A stretch of DNA of 64,000 nt from Malacoraja senta (taxonomy: Eukaryota). Of the stretch, positions 60,738 through 64,000 are shown in pieces (position 1 is the stretch's first letter; each line of letters starts with the position of its first letter). The DNA is taken from NCBI GenBank assembly GCA_038087875.1, contig CM075997.1:5582001-5646000 (forward strand). The letters run 5' to 3'. The translations under genes and the position numbers were made by a program. The notes under the pieces were generated by a model that did no database searches, had not been told where the DNA came from, and saw only the letters and a list, made by a program, of their open reading frames with translations.

Positions 60738-62969
60738 TATTCCACAGAATTGTAATAAAGGATTTGGCACTTAGTTTCCATGACTTAGAAACGGGTTCTC
60801 TGCAAATATGGTGTGCAAAGGCAAGGTCACGCAAGATCTGCACTTTGATGCCTCTTGTGTGCAGCTACACTGCAGACTTGGCCTGCAAGTAGAAGTTATA
60901 CAATGAAACCAACCTGAATTGGCAAAAAATAATACAGTGTTGGGAGTAACTCAATGGATCAGGAATCATCTCTGGAGAACATGGATAGGCAACGTTTTGG
61001 GTCGGCATCCTTCTACAGACCTGAAACATCACCTATCCATGTTCTCCAGAGATGCAGCCTGAACCACCGAGTTACTCCATCACTTTGCACCTTTATTTGT
61101 AAATGAGCATATGCAGTTCTTTGTGTCAGGGCCTTAATTGAAAGCTTGTCTAGAAATATGCCACATTTCCTACCATTTGCAACTAAGGTCACCACTGACC
61201 AGAACATTAACTGGGCCAACTAGCTAAATAGAATTAGAGGGTCAAAGGTAGGGTATTCAACTGATACCCACACCCTCTCCTCAATCTACAAAGCACATTT
61301 GCACAGGATGAAATGCTCCCCACATAAAAATCAACGGAGCTGCCAAACTCAAGTTCAACATCTTCCAGGACAAAAACAGATTGAACAGCACACCATATAA
61401 TCAAACAGTCATTCCCCCTAGAAGTATCGCTGTGACTAGAGATGACCATCTACACAATGTGCTGCTGTGATTCCTCAAGACTGCTTCGTTACATTACAAA
61501 ACATTGGCCTTTATTATGAAATGCCCATGAATAGTATATTTATGAAAATATCATATTCTAGGCTCTCCTCCAGTCTCACAAATCCCGTTCAAAATGTAAT
61601 GTTAGTCTTTCATTGTCACTTGGCTGGCTTGTGGAACATCCTACTCACTAACACTTTGGGGATTGCCTTCATTATCATTTTCTTCTCAGGGATAGAGGTC
61701 GGTATGGGAATGGGAAGGGGAACCAGTGGAGGGGGCAGAGTTCAGAAAGGTTGGTATGGCAATGTGAATGGAAAGGGGAATTAAGATGCCAGCCACCAAG
61801 TTACTCCAGCACTTTGTGTCTTTTTTTGTAAACGAGCATTTTGTAAACGAGCACCTGGTGCTCTGAAATGTGGAATGCATTGATTACATCAAAGTGGTAC
61901 GTTCCAATCCTATCTCGAAAAGTTCTCCCCAATAGTTTCCCTACCACTGCTGCGAGACTCACTGGACAGTTCACTGAATTCTCTCTACTTCCTTGCTTTA
62001 AACAAAGAAACAACATTGGCCACTCTCTAGTTCTGGGTGGCATTTTAATTCCCCTAGTAATTTATTGCTCATTTACATCATTTCTAACAATGGAAAGACA
62101 TTTAAAACTCTTAAAAAGCTGAAGCTTGATTGTCAAAGCCAAGGGAAACTTGCATAATATATATATTCATTCATAGAAACTATGTATATTTGCATATGTC
62201 CAAGTGACAACTTTCCAATTTGGTTCTCTTGGCATACCACTTCACACATAATTCCATTGTTATAACAGTAACAACCATAGTGATGGAAGACTGCTCCCTC
62301 TCAGAAGTATGGCAGCAGACAACAATAGTGATCAACTACCTGATTCTGGATGGGTCTGCTGATGACTACATACTCTTGAGATGATGTATGTTTCGTGTTC
62401 TTCTTCTATGTCTGTATAAAACTTGAGAGTCTACAAGGTACAACAGAAGTCTTTATTACATTAATTCAATGCTGGCAGCAAGACAACTAAAAATGGCTGC
62501 AACCACACGATCTGACTGCACACTCACACTGTGTACAGACCAAAGATCATAGAGCGGAGCAAGATGGTCCACTCCTGCAAAATCCAAAGGACTAACGTGT
62601 AGTACAGAACGGGGCGGAACATCCGCCATTTTAGCAAACTCGACCTGACTTCCGTGGAATGTGTAATCAGCAAAGATCATAGAGTGGAGTCGGGTCGGGT
62701 TAGTTTTTTTATTTGAAAATAGAAATTAGGAAAACTATCAAGGGAATGATTTGGTATGGTAATTGAAAAGTTTCTGAAATACTAACTTAGAATGGAATCA
62801 GAGTATGCAACCATTGTCATTTTTGTGGAGGATGGACGAGAGCTTTGGCTTACAGCCCAGGATGGAATTAATGTTATCAAATGTTTGCTTGCTGTCAGAG
62901 CAATATTTCAATGTCCTGCATTATCTGCAATTCTACCATTAAAAGTGGCATGAAGGAGAGGGCAATGCT

Positions 62970-63253
62970 TAGGAAGGAACTGCAGATTCTGGTTTAAACT
63001 GAAGATAGACGCAGAATGCTAGAGTAGCTCAGCGGGACAGGCGGCATCTCTGGAGAGAAGGAATGGGTGATGTTTTGGTTCGAGACCCTTCTTCAGACTG
63101 AAAGTCCCTTTCCCGTGACTTTCAGTCTGAAGAAGGGTCTCGACCAGAAACGTTACCCATTCCTTCTCTCCAGAGATGCTGCCTGTCCCACTGAGTTACT
63201 CCAGCATTTTGTGTCTATCTTCAGTTTAAACCAGCATCTGCAGTTCCTTCCTA
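62970..63253. mobile_element. Complete 284-bp palindromic Penelope-derived element with hammerhead-like cores on both strands
   Basis: Inverted arms 62970-63106 and 63117-63253 with a 10-bp spacer. Cores at ~63069-63096 (-) and 63127-63154 (+). Confidence 0.85.
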
Positions 63254-64000
63254 TACACACACATCAGTCTGTCCAGTCGAGGGTACAATTGGCGATCTAC
63301 ATACAACAGCGAGTGTTCAAGCAAAGATCATAGAGTGGAGCTGATCTTTGTTATCAAGGATGATTAATGCACCCGGCTCCAGTTTATGTTCTTAACCTCA
63401 TCCCGCGTTGAAACCGATCCTGGGGTGTATTAATCACCGGTAAATACACGCCTCATTCCGCTCTTTTCATTACTTGTATGACAGTTTCTAAAATCGGCGA
63501 ACACAATGCTTCGGGGCCCGTTTGAATGGGTGAAAAATACAGCGATTGCGAATCTCGCTGCAATTAACCCAGTAGAGTTATTTTCTTTACTCGTTTCAAT
63601 GCGCGTAAAAGCAAATGACAATACAACATGAAGATTCCTTGTCACAAACAACCAAAAAAGCTTGTAATGATTAGCATTTTATTAACATTTCGCCTTTTCA
63701 TTTTGGATCAAATAAATAAAAGTGATGGACGTTTACACGGAATTCGATTTTTTTTAAAATTATGTGTAGCATTTTGGAGATTTGTAGAGAAATGGAACAC
63801 TTAATGTTGAGGCACCGTTACTGTAATCCGATGGTTAAAATGCCTGCGTTTTAAAATCCAAATATTTCTTTGCTGTAAAATAAATAGTTACACATGGTCA
63901 TAGCTGGTAACCCTATATGCTGCTAATTGGTATTCATATATATATATTTTTTAAACCGCGTAAATGATAAATTGCAGGAACAACGTGTTTTTAAAAGAGT

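Overview
Repeat-dominated, apparently intronic or intergenic vertebrate DNA, most likely from a cartilaginous fish (skate or ray). The taxon is inferred from HE1-like V-SINEs and HER1/CR1-type LINEs. No host protein-coding gene, rRNA, tRNA gene or CRISPR array can be supported. Almost all long ORFs come from transposable elements: many CR1 LINEs (two near full-length), an L2, Rex1/Babar copies, a Tx1 fragment, Penelope GIY-YIG fragments and a Vingi-like LINE. The window also holds an epsilon-like endogenous retrovirus (RNase H, integrase, PPT, LTR), an internally deleted Tc1 element, several Harbinger-like MITEs, minisatellites and two 200-N assembly gaps. The most notable signals are: (1) an abundant family of short Penelope-derived elements carrying a minimal hammerhead-ribozyme-like core, often as palindromes whose inversion point lies at that motif; (2) a 5'-inverted Vingi-like insertion with a perfect 12-bp target-site duplication (TSD); (3) an ERV lacking env but retaining a post-pol splice acceptor; (4) a 900-bp terminal-inverted-repeat (TIR) element carrying a G-rich minisatellite. 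Family names come from motif recognition, not database searches, and many boundaries are approximate.
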